Source: Suilimivivens sp. | GTDB lineage: Bacteria; Bacillota; Clostridia; Lachnospirales; Lachnospiraceae | Assembly: GCA_051879815.1 (NCBI GenBank) | Contig: JBJEMT010000057.1 | Span: 8,210 to 72,209, forward strand | DNA: 64,000 nt | Direction of reading: 5' to 3' | Shown here: positions 28,195-36,895 of the stretch, piece by piece | Position numbering within the stretch: the stretch's first letter is position 1 | Layout of the letters: each line of letters opens with the position of its first letter | The notes under the pieces: model-generated | Database searches by the model: none | What the model was told of the DNA's origin: nothing | The model's input: the letters and a program-made list of their open reading frames with translations, nothing else | Program-made: the position numbers and the translations under genes

Positions 28195-31100
28195 GCGCAT
28201 CTACCTCCAGATAACCCAGTTTTGAAAAATAATCAATGTACCCTTTCACATACTCAAAATCAATTTTCGTCCATGCAAACCCAAGCTGCTTCAGATAGGA
28301 CAGTGTAAAGTCATTTTTGATATGAATATTGGTTTCGTAATTTAACCTTTCCTCCTGATTCATATCATTCATAAACGCCTCATAGATATAAGCTTTGTTT
28401 TGGCTGACAGTTTCCTTTAAACGCCGAGCAAATGTTTCTCCATCCACTACCTGCATCTCTATGGACAATTCTTTTAAAATCTCGAACAGCCTGTCAAAAT
28501 ACAGATTCTGGTTGGAATAAACATGGAAAACGGTATGCTCCATGCTAAAATGCTTTGCAATCCGCACAATAGCATCTGCAGTATCATCAACAGGTGAAAA
28601 TTCACTGTAAAGCGACATCATATAGTCCGGCAGACATCCAAGCTCCGTTGCTGCTTTGATTCTGGATAAAAAAGCATTTTCCGTAAAATTGGGCTGAAAC
28701 ACGTAGTCCCTGCTTCGGTTTGTCAGATTCCCGACACGGATGATATTTGCCTGTAATCCCTGTAACATCGCATCCAATACAACACACTCCGCTTCAAACT
28801 TACTTCGCACATATACGTTAGAAAGTGACTGTCCCTGATACAGACAATCTTCTCCGAAACAGCGCTCTTCCGATGCAACCTCTGTATCAAAACTGTCTGC
28901 CAGACTGTTTCCGGACACACTGATCGTGCTGATATGGATAAAACGCGCACCTGTCCGCAATGCATAGTCTGCCATGTGCTGAGTGCCAAGCGTATTCACC
29001 TTATAAAAATACTCATACGAGCCATAGTGTTTCACAGTTGCTGCCGCATGAATCACCATATCTACTTTTTCCGGTAATTCATCAGACAACTTTTCCTGTG
29101 TGATATCACCGACAATAGGAATAATACGAGTACCAATTATATTTGAGTATTTGTTTCCAAAATAATGTTCCAGTATCTGCGGGAATCTTCCTCTCCTGTC
29201 ATCCGGTTGTTTGCTTCGCACCAGACAGTAAATCACACATTCTTCATCCTGCAATAACGCATCCGCGATATGCGCTCCCAGAAATCCGGTAATTCCCGAC
29301 AGCAATACACTTCTAATCGGTGTTTCCTGCATCTCATAACGGTCATCCATCTTATTTTTGTCCAGTATGGAGTGATACTTTTCAAATCTCTCCGGGCGAT
29401 AATCCTCTTCCAAAAGCTCCGGTTCCTCTTTCCGGTCTTCCTGTAAGCATTTTGCAAGTTCCGCTACGGTAGGATGATCAAAGATATCCTGAAGTCTAAG
29501 CTTCATGCCTTCCTCTTCTGCCCGCACGACAAGCTCCATTGCCTTTAAGCTGTCACCTCCATAGGAAAAGAAATCATGCACGATTCCAATCGGTCTGTAA
29601 TCCAGTACCGCTTCCATGATGTTGCAAAGCTTCCGTTCCTGTTCTGTTACTGGCTCTACATATTCACTTAAGTCCTCACATTTCATCTCCGGCACAGGCA
29701 GGTTCTTCCTGTCCGTCTTCCCACTCGGGGTCATCGGCAGCCCCCTCAGGTGCATGAAGTAATTCGGAACCATATATTTCGGAAGCTTAGTGGACAGGTA
29801 GCTTCGCAGCTCCTTCTCATCTATCTTTACTGCTGTCATGAAATCCTGTTTCTCTTTTTCATCCGATACGGTCGTGTAATACCCGACCAGATACTGTCTG
29901 CCTTCCTCATCCCTCTTATCCGTGACCGCACACATGCGGATGCCCGGAAACTGTGACATGACACTCTCAATCTCTCCAAGTTCTATCCGCAGTCCCCTGA
30001 TCTTTACCTGTGTATCAATTCTTCCAAGGTATTCAATCTCTCCGTTTTCCCTCCATGCTGCAAGGTCTCCGGTATGGTACATGGTCTTTCCATGTCCGTT
30101 CTCTTTGGTGGCAAAAGGATTGTCCACAAACCGCTCCGCTGTCAGATCCGGGCGGTTTAAATACCCGAGCCCCACACCGTCTCCTGCGATGCACAGTTCC
30201 CCCGGAACACCGATGGGTACCGGATTTCCATGACTGTCCAGAATATAGATCTGGGTGTTGGCGATCGGTCTACCGATGGTGATGTCATCATCCTCCACCC
30301 TTGCATTGCTGGACCAGACTGTAGTCTCTGCCGGTCCGTAGATGTTGAATATCTCCGCTGTTGTCTGATTTCTCAGTTCCTCATACAGTCCGGCTGTCAG
30401 TGCTTCCCCGCCGAGGATAATGACTTTCAGTGTTGACAGGTATTCTTTCTGTGTATTATCAAAGAGATACCCTTTCATCTTTGTCGGCGTGGTCTGAAGT
30501 ACTTCAATCTGATTCTCTGTAACAATTCTGTTTACCGCGCTCTGGCTGAACACTTCCTCATCGCTTGTAAGGTACACGGTCATACCGTTTAAAAGAGGCA
30601 GAATGCTCTCTGTCACAAAGATATCGAATACAATGTTGGTTACTGAAATAATCTTCCTATAACCCTCTTGAATCACCGCGTGGCACACGTTATTATTATT
30701 ATTATGGCTGTAATTCGCCACATTGGAATGCCTGATCATCACGCCCTTCGGTACTCCCGTGGAACCGGAGGTAAAGATGACATAGCACACGTCTGTGGCT
30801 TCATTCCGGTTCTCTACAGGAAGCCTTTTCTCAGTCCGGGCATTTTCCAGATTAAGTTCATCCAGTTTCAGAAGTTCGATTCCTTCTAACTGCTCCTCAT
30901 AACCAAACACACACCCGATCTTACTCTTTGTTTCGTCTATGATGAACTGTACCCTGTCCTTAGGGTAGTCCGGGGCTACCGGCATATATCCTGCCCCTGC
31001 CTTCAGGATTCCGAGCATGGCTGCAAGGATATGCCAGTTTCTTTTGGCAATGATGGGAACAATGTCTCCCCGACTTACACCTTTTTCACGGAGCAGATGT

Positions 31101-32560
31101 GCCAGCACGTTTGACATCTCATCCAGTTCCCGGTAGGTGATCTCTTTTTCCCCAAATACGACTGCAACAGCATCCGGTGTCTTTTTTGCCTGTTTCACGA
31201 ACAGTTCATGGACGCACTTGTCCTTAGGGTAGTCTACTTTTGTGTTGTTAAAGTCATAGAATATCCGCTGCTTTTCTTTTTCCGGTACAATAGAAATATC
31301 CTTTATGGCAATGTTATCATTCTCAATCATTTGCTCTATGACATACTCTAAACGTTCAAGAATATCATTTACTTCTTTTTCCTCCCGAAACAGATTTACA
31401 TGATAATCAATAGTCACTGTATAAGTATCACTGCTATCACGATTGTCTACATGAAGTGCAAACGGAACTTCACTATAACCATTGCTATACCATTTAGTGG
31501 TTGAGTCCGAATCTGTTCTGGCATTCTGGAAACTGAACATCACATCATAAAGATTTCCCTCAAAATTCTGTTTTTCACGAAGATATTTTAATATCATGCT
31601 ATATGGATATTTCTGGTGACGGAACAATTCATAATGTGCTTCCGCGATTTTTTCTGCCAATTTCTGAATCGTATCTTCTTCTGATATTTCTACTGTCAAT
31701 GGGATTGTTGATATAAACATTCCGGCAGTCTTTTTTTCATACGCTTTCGTTCTATTTAACACAGGAATTCCAAGTGTAACTGTCTGATTATCCGGATTGA
31801 TTTTGCAAAGATAGCAATTCAGCGCTGTTTCAAAAAGTACTGCTTCTGTTATTCTAGTTGCTACACAATAGTTTTGAATTTTTTCGGTTAATTCTGCTGA
31901 TATTCTTTTTACAAGCCTTTTTGCTGCAATAGAATCCATTGTGGCAGATTTTATCTTAATTGGTGAATTCTCTGGTTTCGAAGCATACTTTCCCCGCCAA
32001 TATATTTCATCTTTTTCATATTTGGCTGAATGGTAATAATCCATTTCCGAATGGACATACTTTATATAATCCCCACAGATATCATAATCCACATTTCCCA
32101 TCAACAGATTCCGGTATGCCTCATCCACTTCATTTACAATCAGACTAAATGTCCATGCATCTGATATGAGATGACTAAGAACCGCTAATACGCCCTGCTT
32201 TTCTCCGACATAGACAATTTCAAACCGATACATGTCATGATTCAAAAGTCCGATAGGGTCGGATGCGCACTTTTCTGCATAGCTTTTGAACTCTTGCTCA
32301 TCTGAAAATTTATGTATTGGAATGTTTATATAGGAATATTCTTCCACATACTGCTTAATGTCACCATTTAGCTTAATAAAACGCAATCTTAAAGCAGCCT
32401 GGTTCTTGATTACCTGATTGATTGCTTTTTGAAGCAACTGTATATCATGTTCTTCATGATAGAAAACAGTTCCACAGATATTGGCGATGGCAGTTCCTTC
32501 ATAGAATTGTTGTAAGTGCCAGATGTTTTTTTGAGGTGTTGTCAGATTATAAGATTCCAT
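28184..32560 (-). CDS. Single-module NRPS: condensation - adenylation - PCP - terminal thioester reductase
   Basis: C: LTTPQKNIW, SHLISDAWT. A: FTSGSTGVPKGV, NIYGPAETT, MYHTGDL, GRIDTQVKIRGLRIELGEIE, TPSGK. PCP: FFSYGGDSL. R: LLSGITGFLG, HAAA, YVRSK. Confidence 0.95.
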   Translation of the reverse strand: MESYNLTTPQKNIWHLQQFYEGTAIANICGTVFYHEEHDIQLLQKAINQVIKNQAALRLRFIKLNGDIKQYVEEYSYINIPIHKFSDEQEFKSYAEKCASDPIGLLNHDMYRFEIVYVGEKQGVLAVLSHLISDAWTFSLIVNEVDEAYRNLLMGNVDYDICGDYIKYVHSEMDYYHSAKYEKDEIYWRGKYASKPENSPIKIKSATMDSIAAKRLVKRISAELTEKIQNYCVATRITEAVLFETALNCYLCKINPDNQTVTLGIPVLNRTKAYEKKTAGMFISTIPLTVEISEEDTIQKLAEKIAEAHYELFRHQKYPYSMILKYLREKQNFEGNLYDVMFSFQNARTDSDSTTKWYSNGYSEVPFALHVDNRDSSDTYTVTIDYHVNLFREEKEVNDILERLEYVIEQMIENDNIAIKDISIVPEKEKQRIFYDFNNTKVDYPKDKCVHELFVKQAKKTPDAVAVVFGEKEITYRELDEMSNVLAHLLREKGVSRGDIVPIIAKRNWHILAAMLGILKAGAGYMPVAPDYPKDRVQFIIDETKSKIGCVFGYEEQLEGIELLKLDELNLENARTEKRLPVENRNEATDVCYVIFTSGSTGVPKGVMIRHSNVANYSHNNNNNVCHAVIQEGYRKIISVTNIVFDIFVTESILPLLNGMTVYLTSDEEVFSQSAVNRIVTENQIEVLQTTPTKMKGYLFDNTQKEYLSTLKVIILGGEALTAGLYEELRNQTTAEIFNIYGPAETTVWSSNARVEDDDITIGRPIANTQIYILDSHGNPVPIGVPGELCIAGDGVGLGYLNRPDLTAERFVDNPFATKENGHGKTMYHTGDLAAWRENGEIEYLGRIDTQVKIRGLRIELGEIESVMSQFPGIRMCAVTDKRDEEGRQYLVGYYTTVSDEKEKQDFMTAVKIDEKELRSYLSTKLPKYMVPNYFMHLRGLPMTPSGKTDRKNLPVPEMKCEDLSEYVEPVTEQERKLCNIMEAVLDYRPIGIVHDFFSYGGDSLKAMELVVRAEEEGMKLRLQDIFDHPTVAELAKCLQEDRKEEPELLEEDYRPERFEKYHSILDKNKMDDRYEMQETPIRSVLLSGITGFLGAHIADALLQDEECVIYCLVRSKQPDDRRGRFPQILEHYFGNKYSNIIGTRIIPIVGDITQEKLSDELPEKVDMVIHAAATVKHYGSYEYFYKVNTLGTQHMADYALRTGARFIHISTISVSGNSLADSFDTEVASEERCFGEDCLYQGQSLSNVYVRSKFEAECVVLDAMLQGLQANIIRVGNLTNRSRDYVFQPNFTENAFLSRIKAATELGCLPDYMMSLYSEFSPVDDTADAIVRIAKHFSMEHTVFHVYSNQNLYFDRLFEILKELSIEMQVVDGETFARRLKETVSQNKAYIYEAFMNDMNQEERLNYETNIHIKNDFTLSYLKQLGFAWTKIDFEYVKGYIDYFSKLGYLEVDAHED

Positions 32561-32589
32561 TTCACTTTCCTCTTGTACTCAATTTCGTT

Positions 32590-32662
32590 TTGCAATGTAT
32601 ATATTGCAATTATATCTTTGAAAACATTTAAAATCAATAAAAATGCAATATATTTATTGCAA
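32590..32662. promoter_or_regulatory. Twin palindromic operators TGCAAT-N6-ATTGCA
   Basis: Copies at 32591-32608 and 32644-32661 in the divergent NRPS/XRE intergenic region. Confidence 0.75.
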
Positions 32663-32679
32663 TTTCTGAGGTATCTGTA

Positions 32680-32934
32680 ATGACACAAAAATTAAAGCAG
32701 GATCTTCAAATTGGTAGTAATATACGTAATCTTCGTAAGAAATCTGGTTTTACTCAAGAACAAGTAGTAGCTCGTTTACAATTGCAAGGAATTGAAATTT
32801 CTCGAAGCAGTTATTCTCAAATTGAATGTGGAACTTACAACATTCGGGTCTCTGAACTAATAGCTCTTGCAGATTTATTTCAAGTTGACTTCAATGCATT
32901 TTTTGAAAATCTAAAAGATAAAAACACCCAATAG
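32680..32934 (+). CDS. XRE-family HTH regulator
   Basis: IRNLRKKSGFTQEQVV...SRSSYSQIECG. Confidence 0.9.
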   Translation: MTQKLKQDLQIGSNIRNLRKKSGFTQEQVVARLQLQGIEISRSSYSQIECGTYNIRVSELIALADLFQVDFNAFFENLKDKNTQ

Positions 32935-32995
32935 CAGGAATAACATAAATAATATGTTAGTCCTGTTATTGGGTACACAAGGGAGTAGTAAATGG

Positions 32996-33268
32996 ATGAA
33001 ATATAATGAACGAATTAAAGAAATCAGAGAAGATCATTCCTATACCCAGCAGCAGGTAGCTGATTGGTTGAATGTTAGACAGAGAACCTATTGTGATTAT
33101 GAAAGCGGTAAAACAAGAATACCCATTGACAGCATCATCATTCTTGCACAGCACTACAATGTATCCATGGATTATATCACGGGTGTCAGTAATCAAAAGG
33201 GGCATTTCCCCAGTAATCAATCTGTAAACAAAAAGCATCCCCAATCCGAAGGAAGCAATTCGCGATAG
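32996..33268 (+). CDS. XRE-family HTH regulator (3' end runs into the repeat element)
   Basis: RIKEIREDHSYTQQQVA...YCDYESG...YNVSMDYI; ATG at 32996 after GGGAG. Confidence 0.85.
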   Translation: MKYNERIKEIREDHSYTQQQVADWLNVRQRTYCDYESGKTRIPIDSIIILAQHYNVSMDYITGVSNQKGHFPSNQSVNKKHPQSEGSNSR

Positions 33269-33329
33269 CCGGATGAGACCTTAGGCTCATCCGGGCGATA
33301 GCGAGCTGACGAGGATTGGGGATGCTTTT
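33231..33329. repeat. Palindromic element, copy B (right island border); may also act as a bidirectional terminator
   Basis: AAAAGCATCCCCAATCC...GGATTGGGGATGCTTTT with inner hairpin CCGGATGAG-N8-CTCATCCGG. Confidence 0.8.
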
Positions 33330-33342
33330 CGCATTATATAAT

Positions 33343-35649
33343 TTACTTCACCGAAGAAGCAATCAATGTCATATCACCCTGCATATCTACTCTTCCGATT
33401 CCGTCAGGAAGAATAAAATGATCACCCTTCCCTATCATCTGTCCGTTCACAAGCCCCTGTCCTTCGATCACACTCATGATCATGAAGGGATGTGTCTGTT
33501 CAAAGGAGATGGGCTTTGTCACCTGCAATTTCCATACCTTATAGTAATCGCAGGCAATCAGCTCATTGAACTCATTCTCCGGAAGGTCAAGTGCGTGCCT
33601 GACACTGTCCTCAGCTGACGGAGCGGGTACCGTGATCACATCAATGCTCTGCTTTACATGAAGCTGACGGGGCTTTCCGTCCGTCAATCTGTCATAATCA
33701 TAAACACGGTAGGTAATATCGCTGTTCTGCTGGGTCTCTAATATCATCAAACCGCCTTTAATGGCATGGACGGTGCCGGGATTGATCTGAATAAAATCAC
33801 CCTTTTTAACCGGCACTTCACGGATTAATTCAGACCATCTGCCCTGCTGAATCATTTCAGTCAGTTCTTCTTTTGACTTGGCATTATGGCCCACAACCAA
33901 AGATGCTCCCTCCTGGCAGTCCAGAATATACCAGCATTCTGTCTTTCCGAGAGATCCGTTTTCATGCTCCCTGGCGTAAGCATCATCAGGATGTACCTGG
34001 ATGCTCAGATCGTCCCTGGCATCAATAATTTTAATAAGCAGCGGAAATCTGTCAAGATCACTGTTTCCAAATAATTCAGGTTCTTCCTTCCAAAGCTGTG
34101 AAAGAGTTCTCCCTGCATAAATTCCTTCCCTGACAGTGCAGTCTCCGTTGGGATGGGCACTGACTGCCCAACATTCACCGGTCTTGTCTCCCGGAATCGC
34201 GTAGCCAAAGCTGTCAGCAAGCCGGCTTCCGCCCCAGATCATCTGCTTAAACACAGGATTCAGGAAAAGAATCTGACGAGGTTTCTTGTTAATGGTAAGT
34301 TCTCTTCCGTTAGATTCGATAATTTTCTGATACCAGAATGCAGAATCTTTTACGATTCTCTTCTGGGTTTCAAAATCTACATGGACAATACCAAATCGCT
34401 CCGTATAACCCTTATCCCATTCAAAATTATCAAGAAAGGTCCAAAGAAAATAGCCTCTTACATCTACGCCCTCGTCATTTGCTTTCTGAAGGACCGAAAT
34501 ATATAAATCCAGAAAGTTCTGACGATTAGGGTCATGCACTCTTCCATCCAGGGAAACATCATCATGGCAGGACATACCGTTTTCCGTAATGTAAAGAGGC
34601 AGCTGATATCTCTCATACAGGAACTTAACGCCCCAGTAGAAACATCCCGGTGTCACAGGCCAGTTTGCTGCCGTCTTAGGAGAACCGATGGGTCTGTCCA
34701 CATATTCCGGCTCACCGTCTGCACCCTGCCTCATCATATAGCCGTTATAAATATTTTGTCCCATAAAATCAAGAGGCTGGGAGATCAGTTTCATATCATC
34801 CTCTGTAATTTCAGGAAGATACTCAGCGAATTTTTTAAGTCCCTCTTCCGGATACTTGCCAAGGAACACGGGATCATTAAACCATGCCACATTCCAGGTC
34901 CAGTTATCCATGGGCTGATAAAAGCCAAACAATGTCTTTCTTGCCGCCTCAATATCCTCCGGTTTATCCGTAGCCGGATATGCCATACCGCAGGTAGGTG
35001 CATACCCTACCTTAATAGGTCTGCAGGCATATTTTCTCAAATTGATAACTGCCTGTCCATGGGCGCGAAGCGCATTGTGGGCAATCTGAAAAACATCCTT
35101 ATAGGGAAGCTTCTTTCCCGGTGCATGAATGCCGGATAAATGGCCAAGTCCCACAAAGCATTCCGGCTCGTTTAACGTAATAAAGTATTCGCAGATATCG
35201 GAAAAATTTTCTGCCACTACTTTGGCATATTCCCCGAACCACTCTATCACTTCTTCATTCAGCCAGCCGCCTTTATCCTGCAGAGCCTGGGGGAATTCCC
35301 AGTGATACATGGTAATATAGGGCTCAATACCGTTCTTTTTCATTTCCATGATCATATCGCGATACATATCAATGGCTTTCTGATTTACTTTTCCTGTTCC
35401 CCCCGGCAGAATCCTTGCCCAGCTCATGGAAAAACGATATGCCTTAATTCCAAGCATTCCCATCAGGGCGTAATCTTCTTTGTATCTGTGCATATGATCA
35501 CAGGCTACCTTAGAATCTCTGCCATCCAGAATCCTTCCCTCTTCCGTAAAGGTATCCCAGATATTCTTTCCGCAGCCATCGTCTTCCTCTCTTCCTTCCA
35601 CCTGATAAGCGCTGCTTGCAACGCCCCAGACAAAATCATCACGAAACAT
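33343..35649 (-). CDS. GH1 beta-glycosidase fused to type I mannose-6-phosphate isomerase
   Basis: GH1: WGVASSAYQVEG, TLNEP, ITENG. C-terminal PMI: PLLIKIIDA..DLSIQVHP, GKTECWY, GTVHAI, QQNSDITYR. Confidence 0.92.
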   Translation of the reverse strand: MFRDDFVWGVASSAYQVEGREEDDGCGKNIWDTFTEEGRILDGRDSKVACDHMHRYKEDYALMGMLGIKAYRFSMSWARILPGGTGKVNQKAIDMYRDMIMEMKKNGIEPYITMYHWEFPQALQDKGGWLNEEVIEWFGEYAKVVAENFSDICEYFITLNEPECFVGLGHLSGIHAPGKKLPYKDVFQIAHNALRAHGQAVINLRKYACRPIKVGYAPTCGMAYPATDKPEDIEAARKTLFGFYQPMDNWTWNVAWFNDPVFLGKYPEEGLKKFAEYLPEITEDDMKLISQPLDFMGQNIYNGYMMRQGADGEPEYVDRPIGSPKTAANWPVTPGCFYWGVKFLYERYQLPLYITENGMSCHDDVSLDGRVHDPNRQNFLDLYISVLQKANDEGVDVRGYFLWTFLDNFEWDKGYTERFGIVHVDFETQKRIVKDSAFWYQKIIESNGRELTINKKPRQILFLNPVFKQMIWGGSRLADSFGYAIPGDKTGECWAVSAHPNGDCTVREGIYAGRTLSQLWKEEPELFGNSDLDRFPLLIKIIDARDDLSIQVHPDDAYAREHENGSLGKTECWYILDCQEGASLVVGHNAKSKEELTEMIQQGRWSELIREVPVKKGDFIQINPGTVHAIKGGLMILETQQNSDITYRVYDYDRLTDGKPRQLHVKQSIDVITVPAPSAEDSVRHALDLPENEFNELIACDYYKVWKLQVTKPISFEQTHPFMIMSVIEGQGLVNGQMIGKGDHFILPDGIGRVDMQGDMTLIASSVK

Positions 35650-35666
35650 GTTTATTTCCTCGCTTT

Positions 35667-36797
35667 CTATGACTCAGAGCCAATGACAGAAACAAGATAA
35701 AAAGGTACTACATCTTCTTCATGTGTCTCTGTAATGGTGATCTCCACTTTATGTTCTCCCGGTTCCATATGTCTTGTAACGGTATCGATATACAGGCAGT
35801 CACCCCAATCTTCTTTAAAATTACCGTCAAGAGTTACCGCTTCCTTTTCTTTTCCATCTACTACCACTTTGGCAATGGGCGTTGGCTGCTTAACACTCTT
35901 TCGATACTGAACAGCCACACCGGTGCAGTTAATGGTAAAGGAAATCTTATCTCCTTCTTTCCATGCAGTCCATCCCTTTCTGAAAATTTCACGGATATCA
36001 TTCTGAGGCTCCGTATCTGCCACGAATCCCCGGGAAAGGGGCGTGGAATTATCATTCTGATAACGGACGGAATTTTCATAAGCATTTTTCGTAATCGGGT
36101 CAGGCAGTATCTTACCTCCAAAATCAGAAGGTGCTTCTGCCGTTTCCATATCCTCATATACCTTTTCAAGAAAAGTCGTGATTACCTGCGCTACCAGCTT
36201 ATGTCCCGCGTCATTAGGATGCAGATCATCCGGCGTGATCTGGCGATTAGGAATCCTTCCGCTTTCGATTTCCGGCCAGATAGTACTCTTCATGCTGACC
36301 ATAGGAAGTTCATAGGCTTTTGCCACCTTGAGATGCATTTCTTCCGCATTCAATCCGTCATCATATTTTACATTGTTCATCAACATTACTGCCGGTGCAC
36401 ATTTATCAGAAAGAGTTCTTCGAACCAGCCCTTCATATGTTTCCTCAAAAAACTCTGTATTTTCATCATTGACGGCAAATTCAATCAAGGCAAAATCAGG
36501 ACTGTACTTCAGCAGATGATCCTCCACTCTGGAAACACCGAACTGCGAAGTTGTTCCGCCGATTCCCGCATTGATAAATTTAATATCAGATTTGGGAAAT
36601 TTTTCTTTCCACCATTCATATACAAGATAGGCATAACAGGTCTGCGGTGTAGAGGAAAGACTTCCCTGGGTAATGGATCCTCCCAGGAACCCCACTGTGA
36701 TGGCTTCTCCGTTTTCAGCCTTCTTCATACATTCTTTTATTTTATACCAGTTGCCTCTATTGATCATTCCCTTTTCAGGATGTACATTATATGCCAT
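35667..36797 (-). CDS. SGNH mannan 2-O-acetylesterase (CE17-like) with C-terminal CBM-like domain
   Basis: FLGGSITQG, NAGIGGT, EFAVND, DDLHPND; context in a mannan locus; start MAYNVH at 36797. Confidence 0.85.
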   Translation of the reverse strand: MAYNVHPEKGMINRGNWYKIKECMKKAENGEAITVGFLGGSITQGSLSSTPQTCYAYLVYEWWKEKFPKSDIKFINAGIGGTTSQFGVSRVEDHLLKYSPDFALIEFAVNDENTEFFEETYEGLVRRTLSDKCAPAVMLMNNVKYDDGLNAEEMHLKVAKAYELPMVSMKSTIWPEIESGRIPNRQITPDDLHPNDAGHKLVAQVITTFLEKVYEDMETAEAPSDFGGKILPDPITKNAYENSVRYQNDNSTPLSRGFVADTEPQNDIREIFRKGWTAWKEGDKISFTINCTGVAVQYRKSVKQPTPIAKVVVDGKEKEAVTLDGNFKEDWGDCLYIDTVTRHMEPGEHKVEITITETHEEDVVPFYLVSVIGSES

Positions 36798-36841
36798 TTT
36801 TTGATCCTCCAACACATATCTTTCTATATTTTTAAGCAATA

Positions 36842-36871
36842 AAAGGGCTTGCCTTCCAAAACAAGCCCTTT
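36842..36871. terminator. Intergenic hairpin/terminator within the mannan operon
   Basis: AAAGGGCTTG-N10-CAAGCCCTTT. Confidence 0.65.
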
Positions 36872-36895
36872 CGGTTTTCATCCAAAATACATCTC

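Noticed and set aside
30697-30713. ATT trinucleotide run in the NRPS (poly-Asn) as a phase-variation tract
   Set aside because: Short, and in-frame triplet changes would not switch the gene on or off
24879-33329. Island as a prophage, ICE or IS-based composite transposon
   Set aside because: No integrase, transposase, relaxase or phage genes, and no target-site duplication visible
35721-36842. 373-aa plus-strand ORF
   Set aside because: Antisense shadow of the CE17-like esterase; no recognisable motifs
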